64,000 nucleotides of DNA. It comes from an uncultured Fibrobacterota bacterium (GTDB taxonomy: Bacteria; Fibrobacterota; Chitinivibrionia; Chitinivibrionales; FEN-1185). This document shows positions 42,435 to 51,915 of the stretch, piece after piece. Both the position numbers and the translations under genes were made by a program. The stretch is from positions 227,495 to 291,494 of the forward strand of contig CAVSQB010000028.1 in the NCBI GenBank assembly GCA_963729895.1, in the 5' to 3' direction. Under the pieces are notes generated by a model, which was not told the DNA's origin, made no database searches, and worked only from the letters and a program-made list of their open reading frames with translations. Every line of letters starts with the position of its first letter. Within the stretch, counting starts at the first letter, position 1.

Positions 42435-42785
42435 AGGCACCGGTATTAAGAGAAGACAGGCGGGATATGGTAATAATATAGTAGTTGACGCAGGCCAAAA
42501 AGAAATCCGGAGAAAGCGACTGTAATAAGGTTTAAATACGCAGTATTCAGTTTTAAGAGATGAACCGTTGAACTTCACTCAAAAGGGGTGTCAAAATGAA
42601 CAAGAAGGCATTTGAGGCATCAGGGACTTCGGGAAGCGGAAATCAGACAGGTTACGATACAAGGCTACAGAACCGGAAGGCGGAAAGGCAATTCCGGCAC
42701 CTACGACAAAGAGACCGCAGATTTTTGTACCGAGTCATAGACGCCTTGCATTCCCGCCGTGCTGGTGGTGTTCGATGATCCAAAT

Positions 42786-43031
42786 TCAATAAAATGTTTT
42801 CCGTGCGAACTCAAGGTTGTGCCCTTCGATTTTTGCTGGATTCGTGTCGTACTGTATTACATCATAAGTTATTGGAGGCCTGTATATACTCAGACTGCAG
42901 TGGCATTTCCGTAGCTCCTCGTTTTGGTCAGCATTGCGGTCTGCAATCTTTTCCAATTCCTTGAGCCGTTGCACAAGGCAGGCAATCCTCTCTTTCTCCA
43001 CGGCCTCCCGTGCAATTTTGTACCTGTCCAT
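42786..43031 (-). CDS. Small hypothetical protein
   Basis: 81 aa ORF with GAGG RBS. Confidence 0.4.
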   Translation of the reverse strand: MDRYKIAREAVEKERIACLVQRLKELEKIADRNADQNEELRKCHCSLSIYRPPITYDVIQYDTNPAKIEGHNLEFARKTFY

Positions 43032-44221
43032 ATTAACCTCTCTTTGTTGGGAGTCTCTTAAAAGGAATCGTGAATGGACGAACCTTGCGAATTGTAATCC
43101 TCTTGAAGCATCCTATTGAACGACGATGCGTCTTCTTGATCATTGGATAACCTCCTGGGTGAAGATGTTTTTGTTTGAATTCTCTCATTCTCAAATAAGG
43201 TATTAAAGGAGTATCAAATTGTAAAAGTGCTATTATTTCGTAGATAATACCGTTTCAGAAACAGGACATTTGAGGTGCGTGGATTCTTGGCCTTGGAATG
43301 TCCGTGGTTGAACCAGTCAAAAACCAGGGTTGACAAGAGAAATGACGGGGGAAAATGATAAACGCAAGGGTTGGGTGGTGGGGAAAAGGCGCCGGACAAA
43401 GAACAGACCAGCAAAAAGCCGGTATTGAATAAAAGGGAACCCTGGTAGGGTGGATGGGGCGGGCGTGCCACGATGAGCGGAAAAGGGGACGGAAAACCCT
43501 TTGTAGCGCCCAGAGGGGTGGGCGGGTGATAATGCCACGGCCAAAGCTCCGACAACTACGGAGCAACGCGACTGCGACCGGTTGCCCGAGGCTGGCGTGA
43601 CAGAGTGCCGGCTGGTCAAACAGCCAGCCAGGACACGACAAGACACGCTCAGCGAGCGGTGAGGTGCGACGGCGAGGCATTAAGATAAGCAATCCGCATA
43701 AGCCAAAGCTCCGCCAACAGGGCGTGAGCGTGGCGCATTCCGCAAGCAGGGTTCCCGTGCCGGGTGAGCAGAGTGAACCCGAATAGCACGGGATACGAAA
43801 GACCTGTCTTTATGGGAGCCTTGGGAGGGCGGATGGGTACTTGGGTGGGCGGGTGATACAATAATCCCTGCCGGAAAAACAAATAGGAGCGATGCGATTT
43901 TCAGATGCCAACGATAAGTTGACAGATGAAAAGACAAGCATGCGGTGTGAATAGCCCTTAATCCCCCGCAAGATTGGGCGTGCGGGCGACTATGACAGCA
44001 TTATGCGAGATGTTGTCTGAGCACATTGGAAGCGGAGCCTGCGGACGCCCGGAACCACTTATCTGGAAAGAAAAGGTTGTGGGGGCGCTTGTGGGGGAAG
44101 GGCGCACCATATTAAAGTGTGTCGTTTTTCCGGCAGGGCTACTGTGATGATCCCCACAAGATTATGGATCAGGCCGGACAAGAAACTTGCGTCCAGGCCT
44201 GATCCTGGCGGTCAGTTTCCG

Positions 44222-46008
44222 TCATATCATCAAAAATGGCAGAGGCGGTGAGCGAGAACGCGGAAGGATGATTGCGGAAGCTGGCGCCACTGAATCACTT
44301 TTCTCTATTATGTGGTATATCAACAACCGATTGTAAATAGCGACAGCGGGTTGCGAAGAAGCGCTTGCAGATGGCGTTGTCGAAGAAGCGGGCGCACAAG
44401 CAGGCTGGTCTTCAAAAAGAACTGGCGAAACGCCGACGGGTTCTTCACAGGTGAGATCATCCAGAAAGGAACTGAGGATTGACCCACACTGTGAACGGAT
44501 ATTCTCTCCGGCGCTCGGGCTATAGCACCTCAACCACTCCTTGGGAACGCTTGACAGGAAGGCCTTGAAGGTTTCCAGGCCGTCCAGGAAAGGGCAAAGC
44601 GTTTCCAGGAGCCTGTTTGTTGACTCTGGCAGGCGCTTGCCAGCCCATACCGCGTAACTTTGCGGGGTCTCTTGCCTGGCCAGGGCGAATTGTCTGTAGC
44701 GCCCATATAGCTCGAGCTCCTCACTGGTTATCTTTGTAAATGGTATAAAGTCGGCAATGGTTACTCCTGCCGTTCGAAAGGCACTTTCGCACTGACGCCA
44801 TTCAAGTTCCAGGTCGTCGTGGAAGAGAAACAAGTGTCTGCGTCGCCACTCAGAGGAAAGGGACTGAGTCCAGGGATCGCCGGCGAGCATCTGGTCTACA
44901 AACTGAATCCTCGGGGCGTTATTCTTCCAGGATTTCCAATTCCAGGGCGGTTCCTCTATTGGGCGCCCTCTCTTTTCATTGTGGATAGGAGCGACGGCGA
45001 CGGGCATCTCGTGCCCGTCCTCATCGCGGATGAAAGCGACTTGCTCGCCTTTGTCGCGTCGCAGTGGCCTGAGACGCAGTTCGCAGGGTTTATATCGAGG
45101 GCTGGCATCAGCGCCACGCCAAGGTTCGGGAATGGGTAGAATAGGCACCTTCAGCTGGTCTGCGCTGTCCAGGAGGTATGTCTGGACAGTGTAGTAGCGG
45201 AGATAATCAACCGTTCTGTCAAAGTCGCGGGGCTTCGTCGAAAGTCCGAGACGACTCAACGCCTCTGATCCAAAACGGAATTCCAACGGGCGGATGAGTT
45301 CGTTTCGGGTCTTGTCAGCGTAGATTGGCCTTGTGCGAATTTCACCACGGCCTGACCTTGGACAATATGTGATGTACCTGCGAGCGTGAAGCTCGTAGGC
45401 TTCTGCCGATACCCCGGGTTCTGGTCGGGAGAAATAGAGCGAGGCAATACCCAGCCGTGTCGGTGCAAGAGTGCTCGGCAAAGGCTTACTGATGCCCTGG
45501 AGCGCTTCCCTATTGGCAAATTCGATGGGGATGCTTACCTTGATCTCGAAATAATCAATCCTGCGAAGCTTGATGGATTCGGAGCGCTCAAGGGCGCTGA
45601 ACAAGCCTTGCAGAAGCCGGAGTAATATTTTTGGGTGATAACAGCTGTGGACGACGATTTGTTTCGGCAATATCTTGATTGAGCTAGCGCCGTGGAGGCC
45701 GATGGCATTCTTGATATCTCGGTACTCATCGATAAGTACAAGTCTGCTGGTGTTGGTCCAAGGTTTGTGCGCCCGGCAGTGATCCTGCTCAGCAATATTT
45801 GAACTGAGCGCCCGCTTGAAGTGTGCGTCCCGAAGGGAAACTCCTTCCAGGTAGCCCCTGTGGCCTTGAAGCTGATTTTGGCTATGCACCTCCCATTGGC
45901 GTGCGAGCGCTCTGATGGCGCTGAAATCCATATTATGTGTAAGGACGCAGTTGTTGAAGTGGGGCGAGAAGCGCCGTGAGAGCTTAACAATTGCAGAAAA
46001 ACTGTCCA
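44222..46008 (-). CDS. Large hypothetical protein, possibly a divergent Rep_trans-type rolling-circle initiator/relaxase
   Basis: Ordered motifs RRID, SLYFS, IYADK, LEFRF resembling Rep_trans RxD / TxYxG / YxK / RxE; start codon uncertain. Confidence 0.45.
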
Positions 46009-46444
46009 TTGCCCTGTCCGCATTGGTTGGCAAATAAAATAGCACGACGATCCACAACCCGATCTTATGGGCTACGGTTTCGTCATTGCCAGCGGACTTG
46101 GATAGTGCCGGTTTGAATTGGCTTTATGGAGCCGGGCAACGCAGATAATTTAATTGGGGTATCTGATCCCCTTACGCTTGCCCCTTGTGCACTGGAAGAA
46201 TGGGGCTCCGTCGAGCCCCGCCAATGCGTAAGGGTGACGCCCAGGACGGGCGCCAATCGTGAATATAATGAAAATTGGGACAAAGCGACGAATATTTTTT
46301 TTACGAAAGACTGTGGAATTTTGTCAATGTGATGGAAAAGAAGAATGTGTGACAATATAGTGACAAAGGTGTGCCGATTGAAATTGGGGGCTGTTGTAAC
46401 TGCTTGAAGTATATGAAGATATGTTTGGTATTATTTGTCAATTG

Positions 46445-46488
46445 ACTGATTAAGAGTCAGTTGCTCTACCAACTGAGCTAATGGTGCA
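46445..46488 (-). repeat. att site of island 2: orphaned 5' half of tRNA-Lys
   Basis: Matches 29301-29344 except one D-loop base (46472 vs 29328). Confidence 0.93.
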
Positions 46489-46504
46489 GAAACGGACGCG
46501 GAAG

Positions 46505-46534
46505 AATATACATCTTTTGATTGAATCAGGGCAA
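46505..46534 (-). promoter_or_regulatory. Native tRNA promoter, now upstream of only the 5' half
   Basis: TTGCCC-18-TATATT followed by a GC-rich discriminator (CTTCCGCG). Confidence 0.6.
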
Positions 46535-46704
46535 TAATGCTGCGTCCTGCATGCATCTTCGGATGTCACCCTCACAAACCTGCAACTCGCCACCTCTTTG
46601 ACTCTCAAAACCTTTGGAAACCAGAACCCGTACTTGGGTGCAACTCCCACATCTTGTACGATTGCATTCGGCGCGTAGTATTTTTTCAGAGAGATAGGAG
46701 AACA

Positions 46705-47592
46705 ATGAAAAAATTGCTGGTAACCGGCGCATCAGGTTTTCTCGGATACAACGTGTGTTGCGCCGCGCGAGGCGCCTGGGACGTCTTCGGCGGTTTTTAC
46801 ACGCATCCGGTAACAATTGACAAGGTGAAAACCCTGCAAGTAGACCTCACCGACATAGATCCGCTCTCCATCGTGTTTCGCGATATCCGGCCCGACGCGG
46901 TCATTCACTGCGCGGCATTTGCCGACCCCAATCAGTGCCAGGCAAACCCGGACGCGTCGTACCGGGCAAATGTCCAGGCTTCAATCGCAGTCGCGTCTGT
47001 GTGCGCGAAACAAGATATTGCATGCGTGTTCACTTCAACCGACCTTGTGTTTGCGGGCGACAATCCTCCGTACGGCGAAGAAAGTAAACCGAGCCCGGTC
47101 AACCTGTACGGCCAACACAAACTCGCGGCGGAGAAAGCGATGAAGGACGCATTTCCCGAGGTAACAATTTGCCGCATGCCGCTGATGTTCGGCGACGTGC
47201 CGCGTGCTGCAAAGACTTTTATCCAGCCGCTTATCGCCGCCATTATTGATAATAAGGAAATCAAACTCTTTGCCGACGAATACCGTACGCCGGTGAGCGG
47301 CGCAACTGCCGCCCGGGGGCTGCTGCGTGCGCTGGAAACGTCGCCGGGACTTCTTCACCTTGGCGGCAGGGAGCGCATTTCGCGGTACGAATTCGGCATT
47401 CGGCTCGCCAGGCTCCTCGGCAAGGAATCGCCGAGAATCGTTTCCGTTTTTCAGAAGGACGTTGCAATGGCTGCGCCGCGGCCCCAAGACGTTTCCCTGG
47501 AGAGCAAAAAGGCGTTTGGTCTCGGATATGATCCGCAGCCGCTGGAGGTGCAGGTGAAGGAATTGGAGTGCGTAAAGACGTTGGCGGCATAG
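46705..47592 (+). CDS. Extended SDR, RmlD-like (dTDP-4-dehydrorhamnose reductase family)
   Basis: LVTGASGFLG, STDLVF and YGQHKLAAE motifs; AGGAG RBS. Confidence 0.85.
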   Translation: MKKLLVTGASGFLGYNVCCAARGAWDVFGGFYTHPVTIDKVKTLQVDLTDIDPLSIVFRDIRPDAVIHCAAFADPNQCQANPDASYRANVQASIAVASVCAKQDIACVFTSTDLVFAGDNPPYGEESKPSPVNLYGQHKLAAEKAMKDAFPEVTICRMPLMFGDVPRAAKTFIQPLIAAIIDNKEIKLFADEYRTPVSGATAARGLLRALETSPGLLHLGGRERISRYEFGIRLARLLGKESPRIVSVFQKDVAMAAPRPQDVSLESKKAFGLGYDPQPLEVQVKELECVKTLAA

Positions 47593-47676
47593 GACCCTGG
47601 TTGGCGGTTCGTGTTGAGAATTTTGGAGCGGTTCCTTTCACGTGCCCCGGCAAAAACACCCATGGAAAGAAACTTC

Positions 47677-47705
47677 TTGACTAATCAAACCTGTCAATGT
47701 ATATT
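47677..47705 (+). promoter_or_regulatory. Sigma70 promoter of the ilv-leu operon
   Basis: TTGACT-17-TATATT. Confidence 0.75.
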
Positions 47706-47726
47706 CTAAACATGAAAAGGACTAGC

Positions 47727-47828
47727 ATGTTTTTTCCCTCAGCAAAATCCAATTCGATTATAAGCCTTGTTCTTCTTTTGAATGTGGCGGTAGTTATTGT
47801 ATTGCCGCACACGGAGACGGGCTTGTAA
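47727..47828 (+). CDS. ilv operon leader peptide
   Basis: MFFPSAKSNSIISLVLLLNVAVVIVLPHTETGL; Ile/Leu/Val-rich; AAGGA RBS; alternative in-frame ATG at 47712. Confidence 0.85.
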   Translation: MFFPSAKSNSIISLVLLLNVAVVIVLPHTETGL

Positions 47829-47852
47829 GTAAACAAGTAGAGGAAATCAAAA

Positions 47853-47888
47853 AGACCCGTCTCCCGCAAGAGACGGGTCTTTTTTTTT
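47853..47888 (+). terminator. Attenuator terminator
   Basis: AGACCCGTCTC-loop-GAGACGGGTCT plus T-run; antiterminator strand GAGACGGG at 47814-47821. Confidence 0.9.
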
Positions 47889-48032
47889 AGTGTGGTTGCG
47901 CCGCCTGATATGCCGGAGACATCGGCCCGATTCCTTGATTAGGCACAAGGGAAGAGGTATTTTAACAGATTGTTTTTCAGGCACTGCGGCGGGCGCTTGA
48001 CTAGTGCACAATCCAACAGTGTGGAGGGCAGG

Positions 48033-49763
48033 TTGAAGAAGAAAGGTGCCGAGATTCTGGTCGACGCCCTGATCAAGGAAGGGGTGGACGTGCTGTTCGG
48101 CTACCCGGGCGGACAGGCGATCCCGATATTTGACGCGTTGTACGACGCCAAAGACCTCAAGGTTGTTCTTGTTCGTCACGAGCAGGCTGCGGCGCACGCC
48201 GCCGACGGCTATGCGAGGGCTACCGGAAAAGTGGGCGTGTGCCTTGCCACCTCCGGTCCCGGTGCAACCAACCTCGTGACCGGCCTTGCCAATGCCTATC
48301 TCGACTCCATACCCATGGTTGCCGTGACAGGCCAGGTTGCAACGCCGTATCTGGGGACCGACGCCTTCCAGGAAGCGGACATGGTGGGCATCAGCAGGCC
48401 GGTGACGAAGCACAATTTCCTGGTGAAAGACGTCAAGGAACTGCCGCTCATTCTCAAGCAGGCGTTTTACATTGCGCGGACCGGCAGGCCCGGTCCCGTC
48501 CTTGTGGACCTTCCGGCAGACGTCTCACGCGCAGTACTTGACGACTACGAGTACCCGCAGGAAGTCTCGATGCGAAGCTACAAACCGACCGTAGTGGGGC
48601 ACCCACGCCAGATCGAGAAGGCCGCCGGGCTTATCAAGACTGCGAAGAAGCCGATGATTTACGCAGGCGGCGGCGTGATAACCTCAGGCGCGCACGCGGA
48701 ACTGTTCGAGCTTGCGACGAGGCTCAATGCTCCGGTGACACTCACCCTCATGGGGCTCGGCGCGTTTCCCGGCGAGCATGAACTGTTTGTGGGCATGCCC
48801 GGCATGCACGGCTCCAAGACCGCGAACATGGCATTCCAGGAAGCGGATGTCATCATTTCGGTGGGAGTGCGCTTCGACGACCGCGTGACCGGTCACGTGG
48901 GATCGTTTGCGCCAAAGGCCAAGATAATTCACCTGGATATCGACCCGGCCGCCATTTCAAAGATAGTTCGGGTCGACATCCCGGTTGTGGGCGACGCGAA
49001 AAACATACTGGCTGCACTTAACAAACTCGTATCGCCCCGCGAGCCGTCCGAATGGAACGAGACTATAAAGAAGTGGAAGGACGGCCGGCTGTTTTCGTAC
49101 AAACACTCAGACAAGATGATCAAGCCCCAATATGTCATCGAACAACTGTATAAATTGACAAGGGATAGTGATACGCTTATCGCCACGGAAGTCGGGCAGC
49201 ACCAGATGTGGACGGCACAGTACTACAAGTTCACGCGTCCGCGTTCATTCCTTTCTTCGGGCGGCCTGGGAACCATGGGGTTCGGCCTGCCCGCGGCCAT
49301 GGGCGCGAGCCTCGGGCTGGGCGGAAGGACCGTGGTGAACGTGGCCGGAGACGGTTCTATACAAATGAACATACAGGAACTGGCGACCATTTCCATAAAC
49401 CGGATTCCCGTGAAGATCGTGATTCTCAACAACGAATACCTCGGTATGGTCCGCCAGTGGCAGGAAATGTTCTGGAACAAGCGGTACAGTTCGACCTGCC
49501 TGCGCGGCGGTACGCTGTGCGACGAATGCAAGGGCCCGGGCCACTGCAAGATCAGCTATGTGCCCGACTTCGTGAGACTTTCCGAAAGTTACGGGATTCC
49601 GGGATTTCGGGCAACCCAGCACGCCGATGTGGAGCATGTGCTCAAACAAGGGCTGAGTACGGATGGCCCCGCGCTTATGGAATTCGCGGTTGCAAAGGAA
49701 GAGAACGTGTTCCCCATGGTTCCTGCCGGCAAACCGCTCGACCAGGTAATGGAGGAATTATGA
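48033..49763 (+). CDS. ilvB: Acetolactate synthase large subunit
   Basis: FGYPGG, RHEQ, TSGPGATN and GDGS...NN TPP motif; TTG start after GGAGG. Confidence 0.95.
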   Translation: MKKKGAEILVDALIKEGVDVLFGYPGGQAIPIFDALYDAKDLKVVLVRHEQAAAHAADGYARATGKVGVCLATSGPGATNLVTGLANAYLDSIPMVAVTGQVATPYLGTDAFQEADMVGISRPVTKHNFLVKDVKELPLILKQAFYIARTGRPGPVLVDLPADVSRAVLDDYEYPQEVSMRSYKPTVVGHPRQIEKAAGLIKTAKKPMIYAGGGVITSGAHAELFELATRLNAPVTLTLMGLGAFPGEHELFVGMPGMHGSKTANMAFQEADVIISVGVRFDDRVTGHVGSFAPKAKIIHLDIDPAAISKIVRVDIPVVGDAKNILAALNKLVSPREPSEWNETIKKWKDGRLFSYKHSDKMIKPQYVIEQLYKLTRDSDTLIATEVGQHQMWTAQYYKFTRPRSFLSSGGLGTMGFGLPAAMGASLGLGGRTVVNVAGDGSIQMNIQELATISINRIPVKIVILNNEYLGMVRQWQEMFWNKRYSSTCLRGGTLCDECKGPGHCKISYVPDFVRLSESYGIPGFRATQHADVEHVLKQGLSTDGPALMEFAVAKEENVFPMVPAGKPLDQVMEEL

Positions 49764-50242
49764 GCACACGCACGATTTCCGTTCTCGTCGAGAACCACAG
49801 CGGAACCTTGTCGCGCATCTCCGGCCTTTTCGCAAGCCGGGGGTACAACATCGCCAGTCTTACAGTTGGTGAAACCGAAGATCAGTCGATTTCGCGGATG
49901 ACCATCGTGGTGGAAGGCGATGAGGCGATCATCGAGCAGGTCGTCAAGCAACTCAACAAGCTGATCGACGTCATCAAGGTGATCGATTTCGAGGGAAGTC
50001 CGGTGATCGAGCGGGAGTTCATCCTCGTTCGCGTTGACTCCACAAAGTCGAGCCGTCACGAGATCATCGAGCTTGCCGACCTTTTCGGCGCAAAAGTGGC
50101 CTACGTGGGCGCATCGTCGATCACGTTCGAACTGTCCGCGCCGTGCGGAATCGTCAACGATTTCATCGGGCTGATCAAGCCCTATGGCGTCAAGGAACTC
50201 ATCCGCACCGGCAAGGTCGCCATGGCGCAGACGAGGAAATAA
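49760..50242 (+). CDS. ilvN: Acetolactate synthase small subunit
   Basis: ISVLVENHSGTLSRISGLF.SRGYNI ACT domain. Confidence 0.95.
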   Translation: MSTRTISVLVENHSGTLSRISGLFASRGYNIASLTVGETEDQSISRMTIVVEGDEAIIEQVVKQLNKLIDVIKVIDFEGSPVIEREFILVRVDSTKSSRHEIIELADLFGAKVAYVGASSITFELSAPCGIVNDFIGLIKPYGVKELIRTGKVAMAQTRK

Positions 50243-50330
50243 CTCACCCCTCCACCCCCGGCACCCATGCTCCCCTCTCTCGTGAGAGAGGGGAGCATGG
50301 GTGCCCGAAGGGCGGGGTAGGGGGTGAGTT
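50241..50330. repeat. REP-like long palindrome
   Basis: 22-bp perfect stem 50260-50281 / 50284-50305 inside outer AACTCACCCC / GGGGTGAGTT arms. Confidence 0.75.
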
Positions 50331-50381
50331 GAAAACGGAAAACAATCAACGACACCATTCACATACAAAGGAGCCCGGATT

Positions 50382-51482
50382 ATGGCAGTCATCAATTTTG
50401 GCGGAGTCAAGGAAACGGTCGTCACGCGCAAGGAATTCCCTCTTGAAAAGGCGCGTACAGTGCTCAAGAAGGAGGTCGTCGCGGTCATCGGCTACGGCGT
50501 GCAGGGCCCGGCCCAGTCGCTGAACATGAAAGACAACGGGATCAGCGTCATTGTCGGCCAAGCCAGGGAATACAAGAAAGACTGGGACCGCGCGGTGCGC
50601 GACGGCTGGGTCCCGGGCAAGACCCTGTTTCCGATCGAGGAGGCGGTGGAGCGCGGGACCATCATCCAGATGCTCGTCTCCGACGCGGCGCAGCGCACAA
50701 TCTGGCCCGTTGTCAAGAAGTTCCTGAAGCCGGGCGACGCGCTGTACTTTTCGCACGGGTTCTCTATTGTCTATAAGAACCAGACAGGGGTCGTTCCGCC
50801 CAAGAACGTGGACGTGATTATGGTGGCGCCCAAGGGCAGCGGGACGTCGGTGCGCCGCAACTTTCTGTCGGGCGCGGGGATCAATTCGAGTTTTGCCGTG
50901 TTCCAGGACTCAACCGGCCGCGCCAGGGAGCGCTGCCTGGCAGTGGGCATCGCAATCGGCTCGGGGTATCTGTTCCCCACCACCTTCCAGAACGAAGTGT
51001 ACAGCGATCTCACCGGCGAGCGCGGCGTGCTCATGGGTGCGCTGGCGGGCGTGATGCAGGCCCAATACGACGTGCTTCGCAAGAACGGCCATTCGCCGTC
51101 GGAGGCGTTCAACGAGACGTCGGAAGAACTTACGCAGAGCCTGATACGGCTTGTTGACGAAAACGGGATGGACTGGATGTACTCAAATTGTTCGGCAACC
51201 GCGCAGCACGGCGCGCTCAAGTGGAGGCCCATTTTCCGCACGGCGAACCTGCCGGTATTCGATAAGCTTTACAAGTCGGTAAAGGCCGGCGTCGAGACGC
51301 GCGAGGTCATCCGCGACTGCGGCAGGAAGGACTATCGGGAATTTCTCGGAAAGAAGCTCGCGCAGATCCATAATTCCGAGATGTGGCTCGCCGGTGCCGC
51401 TGTAAGGGCATTGCGGCCCAAGGAGAAGGCGAAGGATATTTCGAGGTTGACAAAAGGAGTCGGCGGAAGAGGCCAAAACTAA
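50382..51482 (+). CDS. ilvC: Ketol-acid reductoisomerase
   Basis: VIGYGVQG, FSHGF, VAPKGSG and SDLTGERGVLMG motifs. Confidence 0.95.
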   Translation: MAVINFGGVKETVVTRKEFPLEKARTVLKKEVVAVIGYGVQGPAQSLNMKDNGISVIVGQAREYKKDWDRAVRDGWVPGKTLFPIEEAVERGTIIQMLVSDAAQRTIWPVVKKFLKPGDALYFSHGFSIVYKNQTGVVPPKNVDVIMVAPKGSGTSVRRNFLSGAGINSSFAVFQDSTGRARERCLAVGIAIGSGYLFPTTFQNEVYSDLTGERGVLMGALAGVMQAQYDVLRKNGHSPSEAFNETSEELTQSLIRLVDENGMDWMYSNCSATAQHGALKWRPIFRTANLPVFDKLYKSVKAGVETREVIRDCGRKDYREFLGKKLAQIHNSEMWLAGAAVRALRPKEKAKDISRLTKGVGGRGQN

Positions 51483-51499
51483 TTAAAGTCGTCCTGGGC

Positions 51500-51890
51500 G
51501 GGGGAAGTATCCCCCTCGCTCCAGCCGCCTTCGACGTCCTCCGCTACCCCCTCCTGGGTGACCCCCAAGTGGGAGCAGTTGCAAGAATCAAGCACTAATG
51601 TGGGGGCACCCATGGAGAACAGTTGAATGGGTGAGGAGTTGAGAAGAAAACGCGTTGAAGAGTTGCAAAAGAGCCTTTGGTTGATTGTTGCGAATACGGA
51701 TTGGCGCGAAAATAGGAATTTGACCGATAAGACTCCGGTTTGCGCGCGTTAGGGGCGACCGGAGGTCCCGCCAAAGCGGGATGCCGCGCGGACCCGGCCG
51801 CGTACTCGCGGCATAGGGCCATGGCGGCCCGAGGGCGTGCACGAGACCGGAGGGAGAACCGACCCTGAGCGCAGCGAAGGGGAACGCCCA
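51500..51890 (+). repeat. Composite intergenic repeat, full copy (modules A+B)
   Basis: Homologous to 54815-55187; module A also at 53468-53580 and 57900-58057. Confidence 0.8.
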
Positions 51891-51915
51891 ACCGCCTTAA
51901 CAATTAAGGAAGTTT

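Larger units (their letters stand above)
29301..46488. mobile_element. Integrative element 2 (~17.1 kb) duplicating the 5' half of tRNA-Lys
   Basis: 44-bp direct repeat 29301-29344 / 46445-46488 (1 mismatch); integrase next to the tRNA; defence cargo; core genes resume after 46500. Confidence 0.88.

Noticed and set aside
43660..44205. Group II intron (GTGCG at ~43663) in the structured region
   Set aside because: No recognisable domain V/VI and no RT/maturase ORF
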